Shown: positions 1-9,839 of the stretch, in pieces
Position numbering within the stretch: the stretch's first letter is position 1
Layout: each line of letters begins with the position of its first letter
DNA from: an archaeon
Lineage (GTDB): Archaea; Nanobdellota; Nanobdellia; Pacearchaeales; GW2011-AR1
Length of the DNA: 64,000 nt
Assembly (NCBI GenBank): GCA_043810775.1
Contig: JBDRNU010000015.1
Coordinates: 96,889 to 160,888 of the forward strand
Direction of reading: 5' to 3'
Translations under genes and position numbers: made by a program
Notes under the pieces: model-generated
Told to the model about the DNA's origin: nothing
What the model saw: only the letters and a program-made list of their open reading frames with translations
The model's database searches: none

Positions 1-1
1 A

Positions 2-2989
2 TCTAAAGTAAAATTTATTTTCAACCCTGTCTTGTATTCCAGTCAGAGTAGAAGAGCACTTATACAATAAATTAGCACCCATTTCCCAGACTCTAGTTGA
101 GCATGCAAAGGAATTTTCCATAACATCATAATCTTTGTTTTCTCTTGACCATTTGCATTCAGATGGTTCATTTACATAAAGTTCAAAATAAACCTGGCTA
201 GTGTTGTAAGCAACTGGCATTCCGCTAATTATGCTTGTATTATAAATTACTGGAGGAGTTAAATCTGGTCCAGCTTCTACACAGAATCTTATTGCAAATT
301 CATCATCATTTACATTTCCATTAGCGTCTTGGCATCTTGTATATAGTGTATAAGTTCCGTCTGGTTGTATAAGTGGATTTTCAGCTCCTTCCAATACACT
401 TGCCCCCGGCAAGCTTAATCTTTGAGTATGATTATACAAGTATAAATTAGTTTCTCCAAAATAATAAGACATACTTTCAATATCTTTAGTGTGATTATAG
501 TCAATCTTGCACTGAGCAGGTTCATTTGTCATTAATCCAAATGTTATTGGTGTAAATGCCTTTATACAGCCGTCTCTAGTTTCTTGGCTTGTTATTTGCA
601 TTCCAATTGAAGGTGGTCTTGTATCTACATTAGTATAGCTATGGTCTAAGCTTAGTGCATCTTCCCATGGAGTTATTGTTGGGCTATTTACATCATGAGG
701 ATTTATCCAGACACAGGACTCATTTCCAATGCTTCCTGCATTTAACAGTTCGCAAGCCTGCCCTAATGACTTGCATCTATATTCTGAGCAAGGTCTAAAT
801 GGGTCGCCATTGCATTCCTCGCAATTATGCCCTCCTACTGGGGCTTCCCATGTCTCGCATGTAAATATTACCTTCTTTTGAGTTACCTCTTCATATAAAA
901 TTATAAAGACTATTATTCCTATTGCTATTCCTGCTATTGCTCCTCCTGCGCTTAACTGCCCTATTCCTAATCCTCCTTGTGACCACCCCCCACTACCAGC
1001 TAAAGGACTTGATAAAAGCCTCGCACTAAACCCGGCTGCAAATCCAGCTGCTCCTAATGCCTTGCTCATCTCTTCACTTGCCCCCATCATACTTGCCCCC
1101 ATATAAAGCAGTCCTCCAACAAACATCCCCCATCCCAATGATGCTACAAGAACTCCTCCAGCGGTCCCTGGTTGTACTAAATTACCTAGTCCTCCACCTG
1201 TATTTGCTGGTGATGTTTGAGATGCAGGACCTGGTGTTGTTGAAGGTGCTGTAGTTACACTTCCTTCTGCGATAATTTTATTTTCCCCAAATGTCACTTT
1301 ATCAGCAGTAATAGCTACTCCACCCCCATCAGCCCCTTTCACACCCCCTACCCCAAACACCAACCCAACCAATCCTCCCACCCCACCGCTCAACAACCTG
1401 ACAGCAGGCAGGATAAAATCAGTCTTTATCTTTGAAATTTTCAAATCATAACCCTCATCATAGCCATCCTCTCCCAAATAATTAACCTTGCCATCGCAGT
1501 CTCCCATGCTTGCACATAATTCCTTCATCTGATTCTGCCAGCTCTCATCAAGGCACTCACAATTTTTAGTGCAGTCTTCATCACTATAAATTTTCTTTTC
1601 AAATTCAACAACACAAACAGCACTAGCTTGCGAGCAAACTCCCTGAGCATCTCCTTTAGTGCTGTAAAAATCCAATCCAGGCGAATAACTTGGAACACAG
1701 CTCATATTTTTTCCTGCAATGCTTCCTATCCACTCGCAATCTCTTTTATCAGTATTTTCACAATCATCTTGCTCACCCTGAAATATACAATCCTGCCACC
1801 TATTAGCAACACACCCAGCTTGTGAGAACAACCCATGGTCAGTTTCAATTCCGCCCTGCCAGCAAACTTCTTGTCTAAAATCAGCGCACGGCTCTACAAT
1901 CTCTTCATTAGAAATACAAATATGTCTCCACTCTCTAGCTCCAACAGCATTAGCATCTTCATCACCTACACTAGTCGCTGTACCATCATACATGCACCAT
2001 GACTCTCCGTGATTAAAATCCTGCCCATTATAAGTTTTCTCGCAATCTAAATCTCTGCAAATGCTCTCTCCATAGCTAGGTCTAGTGCTATCTTGGCTTC
2101 TGTCATAAGCTCTGCAAATACTTCCATAAAAATAATCACAATTTCCGCATCCAGCAGAATTAGCATTCGCACTTCCAGCTCCACAGCTCTCATCCTTGCT
2201 GTAAACTTTTTTCCAGTATAAGTCATCATTTATTTTGCTAGCATCATAAATATTAGCAGGATTTCCGCAAGTATCAATAAAATAAACCTCATCTAATCCA
2301 GAAACACAAATAGTCTCACTTGATTTCCCGCAATTAGTAGCAAGCTCTTCAGCTGAGCAAAGCCAGTCTTTATGAAAAGTAATATTTCCAGTAACAGTTC
2401 CTTCATCAGAACCAACTAAACCTTCATCACACTGCTGTCTAGTAACAAATTTGCAGCTCCGGATATAATCTGTTTCATATACGCAAGCTCCCTTATCCTG
2501 GCTGTGAGCCATTTCAATACAAGCATCTTCATCCTGAACATTAGTTCTAAAATTAGTATTTAATCCATAAAATGCGCTTATTCTTTTGCATCTAGTTAAA
2601 GTTACTAAAGCCGCCTCATTAGCAAGAATACAACAACCTAATTCACACTGTGCAATATTACAATCTTTTCCTTCAGACCAGGTGCCATTTTTTTCAATGC
2701 AAACTCTTTCAGGAGTATTTTCCATGCATAGTCCTTCCTTGCCATCATAACAGCATCCCTCTCTGCAAAAAGAAGTAGCATCACAGCTTGTAGGGCTACT
2801 CCTATAATTAGAATTGCAGCTTGCACTTTCAGAATTCTGGCACCAAGCTCCATAGCTTGTTTTTTCACAGCATACACTAGTTTCTTGAGCGCTTACAACT
2901 GCAAAACCAGAACTTAATATATAAGCAATTGCAAAAATACTAATTACTAGTAAGCAAATTTCACTAATTGAATAAAATTTCTTCATCAT
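2..2989 (-). CDS. Giant Cys-rich secreted/membrane protein, 3' end beyond window (paralog of 4428..8186)
   Basis: Not in the ORF track (no stop in window). ATG at 2989 gives MMKKFYSISEICLLVISIFAIAYILSSGFAVVSAQETSVCCEKT. The same frame gives GESWCMYDG (~2008), IFTCETWEAPVGGHNCEEC (~870) and VENKFYFR at the edge, all matching the paralog. Frame spot-checked, not every codon. Confidence 0.85.
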   Translation of the reverse strand, partial: MMKKFYSISEICLLVISIFAIAYILSSGFAVVSAQETSVCCEKTSYGAWCQNSESASCNSNYRSSPTSCDATSFCREGCCYDGKEGLCMENTPERVCIEKNGTWSEGKDCNIAQCELGCCILANEAALVTLTRCKRISAFYGLNTNFRTNVQDEDACIEMAHSQDKGACVYETDYIRSCKFVTRQQCDEGLVGSDEGTVTGNITFHKDWLCSAEELATNCGKSSETICVSGLDEVYFIDTCGNPANIYDASKINDDLYWKKVYSKDESCGAGSANANSAGCGNCDYFYGSICRAYDRSQDSTRPSYGESICRDLDCEKTYNGQDFNHGESWCMYDGTATSVGDEDANAVGAREWRHICISNEEIVEPCADFRQEVCWQGGIETDHGLFSQAGCVANRWQDCIFQGEQDDCENTDKRDCEWIGSIAGKNMSCVPSYSPGLDFYSTKGDAQGVCSQASAVCVVEFEKKIYSDEDCTKNCECLDESWQNQMKELCASMGDCDGKVNYLGEDGYDEGYDLKISKIKTDFILPAVRLLSGGVGGLVGLVFGVGGVKGADGGGVAITADKVTFGENKIIAEGSVTTAPSTTPGPASQTSPANTGGGLGNLVQPGTAGGVLVASLGWGMFVGGLLYMGASMMGASEEMSKALGAAGFAAGFSARLLSSPLAGSGGWSQGGLGIGQLSAGGAIAGIAIGIIVFIILYEEVTQKKVIFTCETWEAPVGGHNCEECNGDPFRPCSEYRCKSLGQACELLNAGSIGNESCVWINPHDVNSPTITPWEDALSLDHSYTNVDTRPPSIGMQITSQETRDGCIKAFTPITFGLMTNEPAQCKIDYNHTKDIESMSYYFGETNLYLYNHTQRLSLPGASVLEGAENPLIQPDGTYTLYTRCQDANGNVNDDEFAIRFCVEAGPDLTPPVIYNTSIISGMPVAYNTSQVYFELYVNEPSECKWSRENKDYDVMENSFACSTRVWEMGANLLYKCSSTLTGIQDRVENKFYFR

Positions 2990-2990
2990 C

Positions 2991-3767
2991 TTATTTTATT
3001 GTACCAGTGCTATATCCTGGAGGCCAGCTCAAGCTTCTAGTGGCAAATATAAATTTTTCTTCTGTAATTCTGTCAGTTAAAACATAAATCTTGCTTCCAT
3101 CAGACTGCTTGTATTTTTCAACTTTCAAGTCAGGATAATATAACATATAAGTAAGAGGGTCAGAATCTCCTAATCTAGCTTCATAGTTTAGTATTGATGT
3201 AGAAATCATAACTAAATCATATAATCCAGAGTCTAATGAAAATTTAATAGTTTCATAAGTATCACTTACACCCTCTCTTTTGTTTAGCACCATATTCATG
3301 TTAATATCAAATATAATCCTATCAGGAATAAATTCAACATTTAATTCATTATTTCCTAAAGCAACAATATACCCCTGCTTCTCCATTTGCTTTTTCAAGC
3401 TTAAAGCACACTCTCTAGTTACTTGCTGAAGTTCAGCTTCCAGCTCCTCTTCAATATGCTGTTTAAGAAGTGGTTGCTGCATTGTGCAAGTATCATAATA
3501 CTCATTAGTATAGCATAAATAATCAACATCATAACCCTCATACCAGATGCTATTTTCCGGAGAAAAACTCCCACCTTTTTTAGTTAAAATATCTAGTTTA
3601 TCTTCGGCAATATCTTCTACACAACCCTTCATATAAGCATTAGGTTCAGTTGGCCCAAATACTACTGATTCAATCCTAGGCCAGAATAAAACTATTAATA
3701 CAGAAACTATAAGTATAGCTATAATTACAAATATGGTAATTTGCGCCCTCTTTTTTAAACTATGCAT
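2991..3767 (-). CDS. Class III signal peptide (pilin-like N-terminus) protein, paralog of 8190..8960
   Basis: KKRA|QITIFVIIAILIVSVLIVLF N-terminus; shares YLCY, LYDL and KIYV..D..T..FAxR motifs with 8190..8960. Confidence 0.75.
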   Translation of the reverse strand: MHSLKKRAQITIFVIIAILIVSVLIVLFWPRIESVVFGPTEPNAYMKGCVEDIAEDKLDILTKKGGSFSPENSIWYEGYDVDYLCYTNEYYDTCTMQQPLLKQHIEEELEAELQQVTRECALSLKKQMEKQGYIVALGNNELNVEFIPDRIIFDINMNMVLNKREGVSDTYETIKFSLDSGLYDLVMISTSILNYEARLGDSDPLTYMLYYPDLKVEKYKQSDGSKIYVLTDRITEEKFIFATRSLSWPPGYSTGTIK

Positions 3768-3856
3768 GTTTTTTCAACGCGAGCTATATTTATAAAGTTT
3801 ATTAAAGCAAATAACTCAAGAATAAATTTAAATACTTCAGTTCAAAGTTCCTATTA

Positions 3857-4435
3857 ATGGATCAATCAACAGAAACTGAAGTCAGAAATTTTGAACTATA
3901 TAGTGCTCTTCAGGCAAGTCCTCACTCTAATCAAGGTCAGATTGATAGGGCATATAAAAGGCAAATTGAATTTCTTCAAGCTAAGCTGGAAAATTATGAA
4001 ATAACAAAGGTTAATTTAATTGCAAGAGCTGATAAAAGAGACCCAATTGACAGAGTTGAATTAATAGCTGAACTTGCACAAGCTCGTCTTGAAATTCAAA
4101 ATTTTCATACAGCAGTTGAACAGGCTAATCATACTTTATCTAATCCTGTAAGGCGTGCAATATATGATTGTACTGGAGAATATGATAAAATTTTTCCACA
4201 TGAATGCAAACATAGAATATTTCAACCCCAAGAACAGCATGATATCCCTAACTTAAGAGAAATTCAGGAGCAAATTATGGCAGGAAAAATTAGACATGTT
4301 TTTTATTCAGGTCCAGAAGGAACTAGCATGGGTTTTGAAAGTTTTTTGAGTCAATCTCCTTTTTTAGATTTATCTTTTATGGAAAAAATATTATCTGAAA
4401 GAATGAAAAGAGGATTTAAAGATTTTTTTAATTAA
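3857..4435 (+). CDS. J-domain-like protein lacking HPD
   Basis: LYSALQAS...IDRAYKR and ANHTLSNPVRRAIYD.TG resemble J-domain helices; no HPD tripeptide. Confidence 0.55.
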   Translation: MDQSTETEVRNFELYSALQASPHSNQGQIDRAYKRQIEFLQAKLENYEITKVNLIARADKRDPIDRVELIAELAQARLEIQNFHTAVEQANHTLSNPVRRAIYDCTGEYDKIFPHECKHRIFQPQEQHDIPNLREIQEQIMAGKIRHVFYSGPEGTSMGFESFLSQSPFLDLSFMEKILSERMKRGFKDFFN

Positions 4436-7400
4436 TATCAACTGCCCTTGTTTTAATGCTGCATCCCCCAGGCTCATTATTGAAAATATCTCTGCACTTA
4501 ATGTGGTAAGTATAATCTATCTGCCATCCAGTAGTATGGAACCTGTCACTTCCACTCATCCTCTCACCTTCATTAAAATCAAAATAGCAAGTATCAGTTG
4601 AATAAGCACAAGTAGATGGCTCTTCAGTTTCTACTACTAAACTTCCACCATCATGATAAACTCTGGTAATTACAGGATATCTGTTATCTACACTAATCTT
4701 AAAATCAGTTGAATAATTTGCTTCATTTTCAGCTACATCCTTGCAATTTATTTTGTAATTATAACTTCCTGCATACATTGTAGTCAGCGTTGAGCTATGA
4801 TAATTGTCAAAAGTTTCCCTAAACCTGTCATTCCATCCATATGGTCCAAGTTTCCATCTGCATTCAGATTTTCCATCTTCAGCTCCTCCACTAGTATAAG
4901 TTTCTAGCTTAATGCTAACTGGTTCAAATCCAAAAATAGCCTCTCCACTTGGATAAGCTCCTTCTACTTTTAATGGAGATAAGCTTGGATACAGCGAATA
5001 AGGATAAGCTTGGGTGTTTGCGTTTCTTTTGCTTTCATTTTCTCCAGCATACCAAGGCTGGTCTTTGCATTTGAAATAAAATTCATTTTCTTCAAGAGTA
5101 GTATTCAGCTTTAAAGCAGTGTCGCAATTAAATCCCCATACAGTTGGTGTTTCAAATACATCAGCTGAAGGGCAAGTAAATTCTCCTTCCATTAGCTCAT
5201 AATCTATGAATTCTTTAGTGCTCCATCTGCAAGTCACTGGCTCATTTACATAAATTGTAATATTTTTTTCACTGGAATTATATTTAGTGTAGGCATAATC
5301 TTCTGGAATTGTTTTTTGAATTCTGGGAGCAGTTAAATCAGGCCCTGGCTTTACACAGAAATTAATAACATAGTCAGCTGGAGTCCAGGCTCCCCAGTCA
5401 TCCTGACATTTTACATAGAGGTTATAGTCTGCAACTCTGTTAGGGTCAAATCCATGAGCTCCTAATGCATCAGGGCTTGGCAGATTAATGCTCGTTGAGT
5501 GATTTCTCAAGTATAAATTTCTATTGTTGAAAAATTGAGGCATATTTTCATAAGGCATTATTCCTGGTTCTAGTGAATACTTGCACTGTCCTAGCTCATC
5601 TAATGAAATTCCAAATTGCACATTAGTCCATGCTTGTATGCATCTTCCGTCTTGTTGCCTTACTTTATAGCCATTGTTGGAAACTTCTGTATAAGTATAA
5701 TTTTCAGTTACAATATTATACCAGGGTGAAATTTGTGGAGGAATTGCATCTTGCTTGCTTGCCTCACATATTTCAGCTTCACTTCCCTCATTAAAAAAGT
5801 GGCAGGCAGCTCCCAAGCTTGAGCATCTGTATTTTGAGCATGGATGCATAGGATTATCGTCGCAATTTCCGCAATCAGAGCCGCCAACAGGCGGCTGCCA
5901 TGGCATGCAGTTAAATGATACTGTATGCTCTTTTGTATCTCCTATTCCGAGAAGTTTTGTAACTATTGCTACTATAATTATAAATAATATTGCTAATGGG
6001 CAAAGAATACCAGTAGAGCACAATGTCATAATTCCTACTTGCATATATGCAGCAACAGCTCCAACCACTAATCCTGCAACAGCTCCTGCAATAGTGACAA
6101 TTAATAATCCCTCTCCCTCCAATCCAAACATTTTTCCAATCATCATTCCTATCATTGCACCAACTGCAACTCCTATAGCTATATTTGCAAATCCTGCAAA
6201 AAACCCAAATGATTGCGAACCTGATATAACTCCTGACGCCGTTTCAGTAATTACTATTCCTTTAGTAAGTGAATATGAAACCACTAAACCATCAGTAAGC
6301 GCTGCTGTTGTTATCATTCCAACAGCCCCCACACCATAAGCCCCTGTTGTTCCCAGCATAAATTTATACATTGCATCAGAATAATCAGCTTCTTCATATT
6401 CATCTAACTCCCCAATTCCCAAGAAACCATAAAAACTGCTGATATCTCTTGCATCAGCAAACTGCCCTTCAATTGGTTCAGCATATTTCTCAAATTTTTC
6501 CAAATCAGATTTTTCTAATCTAGGAGCTCCAGTTACAGAATATCCTCCATCTGTAACTTCTCCCTCAATATTAACATAAGCTCCGCAATCTCCAAGCGAA
6601 ACACAATAATTATTCATTTTTTCTGCAAATTCCTTGCTTTGGCAATCACAATTAAACTCGCACTCCCATCCATCAACATGCTTTACCTCAACCCAAGTGC
6701 AATCAAGGCTTGCTCTTCCACATATAGTTGAAGCAACATCATATCCTTTTTCACTCTGAAAATCAAAACCAGGAGAATACTTTGGAACACATAAATCAAA
6801 GCTATAATCAGAGTCAATGTCAATTTTCTGCACTCTGCACACAAAATTCTTTTCGCACTTGTCAGTTTCAACTTCCTTATTATAACTTAGGCATTCTTGC
6901 CATGGATTTATCATGCAAGAAGCTGTAGAAAATTTTTCTCCACTAGAGTCATCAACTATAATATCACTCTGAACACATATTTCAGTTCTATAATCCCCGC
7001 AAGGGTCAATCTTAACCTCCCCATTCTGGCAATAGTGCTTCCAGTGTCTCGAGCCTACTACATCAGTTGAAAATAAATTATCCTCTCCATCTATTATTTG
7101 AACAGCAGCTACATTAGGAATATCTTCTGATTTTGATTCACTTTCTCCAATACTTCCATCATACACACACCACGACTCTCCATTTCTTCTTGCATTTCCT
7201 TTTTCATCAATACAATCCATATCTCTACAAATATACTCTCCTTCTGCAGGTGTAACTCCAGAACCCTCAGCCCCCCCACATATACTTCCTAACATATAAA
7301 AACAGTTTCCACAGCTAAGTGAATTCGCATTGCCATTAGCATTAGTAGGATTACAACTTTCATTTTTTTCTAACACCCACCCATTATTCCAGCTTGCATC

Positions 7401-8186
7401 TCTATCAGAATCATAAATATTTTCCATATTTCCACAAGAATCAAACCAATAAACCTCATTATACTTATTTTTATTATCAGCACATCCAGTGCTTGCCTGT
7501 CTTGTGCAGTTTGTTTCTAATTCAGAATTTGAACATAATACATCTTCATGAAACTCTCCACCACTACTCTGGCACTCTTGCTGAGAAATAAATTCGCAAT
7601 TATTTTCATCTTCACCATAATAAACACAAGCTCCAGTTGAAGTAGTTGAAGCAAGAGCAATACACTCTATCTCATAAATAACATCTGGTCTGAAGTCAAA
7701 ATCAAAACCATAATAATCAGCAAGATAATTACATCTATCTCTAGTAACAAACTGAGTCTCATCTCCTAAAACACAGCAAGCCTTCTGGCATTCTGCAATA
7801 TTGCAAGCAGGTTCATCAAACCATTGTCCTCCATCTTGTTCGCATTTAGCTTTTGGCGAGTTGCTTGCACAAGTTCCTTGATAGCTATCAAAGCAGCATC
7901 CATAATCACAGTTAGTAGTATCTTCACAAAATCCAGGGAAACACCCACTAAATCCTCCCTGGCACTGCCCTCCACACTGCTCCCAGACCATTTCCTGGCA
8001 TATGCTATTATTATTAGTAACTTCACAGCATTGTGGAGTTAATGGTTGTGCTTCAACCACTTTAATTTCATCTGTGATAATTCCAACTAAATAGCAAAAT
8101 GCAAAAATAGCAATTACTAAGTTTAGTATCTGAAAATAGCTAATTCTAGCTTTTCTGCCCAAAACCTCTTTTTTATTTATTTTCAT
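4428..8186 (-). CDS. Giant (1252 aa) Cys-rich surface protein with central Gly/Ala-rich hydrophobic segments and C-terminal beta-rich repeats
   Basis: ORF track; N-terminal hydrophobic segment, many CC/CxxxC motifs, hydrophobic block ~aa 610-750, repeated PxI...ExxxC[RK]W/Y...CxD units. Confidence 0.85.
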   Translation of the reverse strand: MKINKKEVLGRKARISYFQILNLVIAIFAFCYLVGIITDEIKVVEAQPLTPQCCEVTNNNSICQEMVWEQCGGQCQGGFSGCFPGFCEDTTNCDYGCCFDSYQGTCASNSPKAKCEQDGGQWFDEPACNIAECQKACCVLGDETQFVTRDRCNYLADYYGFDFDFRPDVIYEIECIALASTTSTGACVYYGEDENNCEFISQQECQSSGGEFHEDVLCSNSELETNCTRQASTGCADNKNKYNEVYWFDSCGNMENIYDSDRDASWNNGWVLEKNESCNPTNANGNANSLSCGNCFYMLGSICGGAEGSGVTPAEGEYICRDMDCIDEKGNARRNGESWCVYDGSIGESESKSEDIPNVAAVQIIDGEDNLFSTDVVGSRHWKHYCQNGEVKIDPCGDYRTEICVQSDIIVDDSSGEKFSTASCMINPWQECLSYNKEVETDKCEKNFVCRVQKIDIDSDYSFDLCVPKYSPGFDFQSEKGYDVASTICGRASLDCTWVEVKHVDGWECEFNCDCQSKEFAEKMNNYCVSLGDCGAYVNIEGEVTDGGYSVTGAPRLEKSDLEKFEKYAEPIEGQFADARDISSFYGFLGIGELDEYEEADYSDAMYKFMLGTTGAYGVGAVGMITTAALTDGLVVSYSLTKGIVITETASGVISGSQSFGFFAGFANIAIGVAVGAMIGMMIGKMFGLEGEGLLIVTIAGAVAGLVVGAVAAYMQVGIMTLCSTGILCPLAILFIIIVAIVTKLLGIGDTKEHTVSFNCMPWQPPVGGSDCGNCDDNPMHPCSKYRCSSLGAACHFFNEGSEAEICEASKQDAIPPQISPWYNIVTENYTYTEVSNNGYKVRQQDGRCIQAWTNVQFGISLDELGQCKYSLEPGIMPYENMPQFFNNRNLYLRNHSTSINLPSPDALGAHGFDPNRVADYNLYVKCQDDWGAWTPADYVINFCVKPGPDLTAPRIQKTIPEDYAYTKYNSSEKNITIYVNEPVTCRWSTKEFIDYELMEGEFTCPSADVFETPTVWGFNCDTALKLNTTLEENEFYFKCKDQPWYAGENESKRNANTQAYPYSLYPSLSPLKVEGAYPSGEAIFGFEPVSIKLETYTSGGAEDGKSECRWKLGPYGWNDRFRETFDNYHSSTLTTMYAGSYNYKINCKDVAENEANYSTDFKISVDNRYPVITRVYHDGGSLVVETEEPSTCAYSTDTCYFDFNEGERMSGSDRFHTTGWQIDYTYHIKCRDIFNNEPGGCSIKTRAVDIN

Positions 8187-8189
8187 TGT

Positions 8190-8960
8190 TTAAAATCCTG
8201 CTGGAATTATGCATCCTCTTACAGCAAATTTCAGTCTATCTTTAGTATATTTATCTTCAACTACATAAATTTTTGCAGCATTTTCATTTCCACCATGAGT
8301 ATATCTTTCAACATAAACTTCAGGATATAGCAAGCTGTATCCAATATACTCAAAATGGCAGTACTTCGCTTCCTGGTCAACAATTTCTACAGCTATACTA
8401 GCCAAATCATAAAGCGGAGTAGCTATTACTAGCTTAAATTCATCATATTTTTTTTCTTCACCCTTTCCAGAAATTTCAATAGTTCTGTCAATATCAACTT
8501 CTAATTTCCTTGAAGACAGTTCACAATTTACTTGCATAGCACCCCTGTCTTCTAGCACAATATCAAAACCCTTTTTTTCATACTCTTCTTTAAAAGCTTC
8601 AAAACAAGAATTAATTTTATCTTCTGAATTATCAGTAATTTCATTTTCAAGATGCTTGAAATACATTGGCTCCTGGTTTACACAAGGATAATAATAATTC
8701 ATATTATAGCACAAATAAGCAATTTTATTTCCTTCAAATAGCTTATAATTTTCAGGCTCTAAATATCCTCCTTGAGCAAGCATCTTTTGAATTACACTTT
8801 CTTCAAAACACTCAGTCAAATAAGCTTGAGGCTCAGGAAGCTTAGCTGGTCTAAAATTAATAATAGTATCTCCTCTTAAAATCATATAAAAAACAATTGA
8901 AACTAGTATAATAATTCCTATAATTACAAATATAGTGATTTGCGCCCTCTTTTTTAACAT
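8190..8960 (-). CDS. Class III signal peptide (pilin-like N-terminus) protein
   Basis: MLKKRA|QITIFVIIGIIILVSIVF; paralog of 2991..3767. Confidence 0.75.
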   Translation of the reverse strand: MLKKRAQITIFVIIGIIILVSIVFYMILRGDTIINFRPAKLPEPQAYLTECFEESVIQKMLAQGGYLEPENYKLFEGNKIAYLCYNMNYYYPCVNQEPMYFKHLENEITDNSEDKINSCFEAFKEEYEKKGFDIVLEDRGAMQVNCELSSRKLEVDIDRTIEISGKGEEKKYDEFKLVIATPLYDLASIAVEIVDQEAKYCHFEYIGYSLLYPEVYVERYTHGGNENAAKIYVVEDKYTKDRLKFAVRGCIIPAGF

Positions 8961-9006
8961 TATATAAATAAGAAAAATGACTTTATAATATTAACTCTTA
9001 ATTAAA

Positions 9007-9729
9007 TTAATCAGTCTCTACTCTCGGAGCCAGAATAAAAGTCAGCTCAAACTGTTCAGTTTTAAATTCAAGCTTTAAAGGATAATCATCTGAGAAGTTA
9101 ATATAAGACCTGTCAGCAATCTTGCAAGCTTTTGCAAATTTTTGCAAGTATTCTAAACTATATCTTGAAACAGCATTTTCTCCGCTAATTCTAACTTCAT
9201 CACTTGAAAACTCACTCTTAGCTGAATTTAATCCTTTAGCTTCAATTATGAATTTGTCATTTAAAACAGAAAAAGTACAAGCATCAGCCACAACAATACA
9301 GTCTTCAACAGCCTCCAAAAAGTCTGAACTTCCCATTTCAATCTTGCTAGTAAATTCCAGATTTGGCTCAGTTTTTTCTTCTGATTCAATATCAATTAAA
9401 GCTAAGCTAAAAGTCCTCTTTATTTTATCATGAATTTCAATCTGCAATATATTATCCTCGGTTTTCATAACAAGAGTACTTTCAGGATAGCATCTTCTCA
9501 AAACATTTTTTAAGCTGTCTAAACTAACTCCTATAACTTCCTCATCTACTTCTATTTGTGAAAAGAACTTAGCAGGAAGCTTAAATGACACTAAAGCAAC
9601 ATTAGCAGGGTCAATAGCAATTATGCTTAATCCTTGAGTATTGACCTTAATTCTTACTTCAGTAACTAAGTCAGAAATCAAGCTAATTATGCTGGTCAAT
9701 ACCTTATTATTCTCAATTTTCAATAGCAT
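9007..9729 (-). CDS. pcn: DNA sliding clamp PCNA
   Basis: AIDPANVALV, SRYSLEYLQK, DYPLKLEF, FILAPRVE motifs; 240 aa. Confidence 0.95.
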   Translation of the reverse strand: MLLKIENNKVLTSIISLISDLVTEVRIKVNTQGLSIIAIDPANVALVSFKLPAKFFSQIEVDEEVIGVSLDSLKNVLRRCYPESTLVMKTEDNILQIEIHDKIKRTFSLALIDIESEEKTEPNLEFTSKIEMGSSDFLEAVEDCIVVADACTFSVLNDKFIIEAKGLNSAKSEFSSDEVRISGENAVSRYSLEYLQKFAKACKIADRSYINFSDDYPLKLEFKTEQFELTFILAPRVETD

Positions 9730-9839
9730 AATCCTTAAATATCCTAAAAGATTTTTAAGCTTTTATATACTGGTATATATACTCTTTATTAAAGAGGCTA
9801 AGGGCAAACATTTTCATAAAACAGTTAATTTGAGTTAAA

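Noticed and set aside
1057..2877. Short ORFs 1057, 1628, 2047 and 2638
   Set aside because: Alternative-frame or antisense shadows of the long open gene 2..2989
5755..6339. 194-aa plus-strand ORF
   Set aside because: Antisense shadow of the Gly/Ala-rich part of the 1252-aa gene
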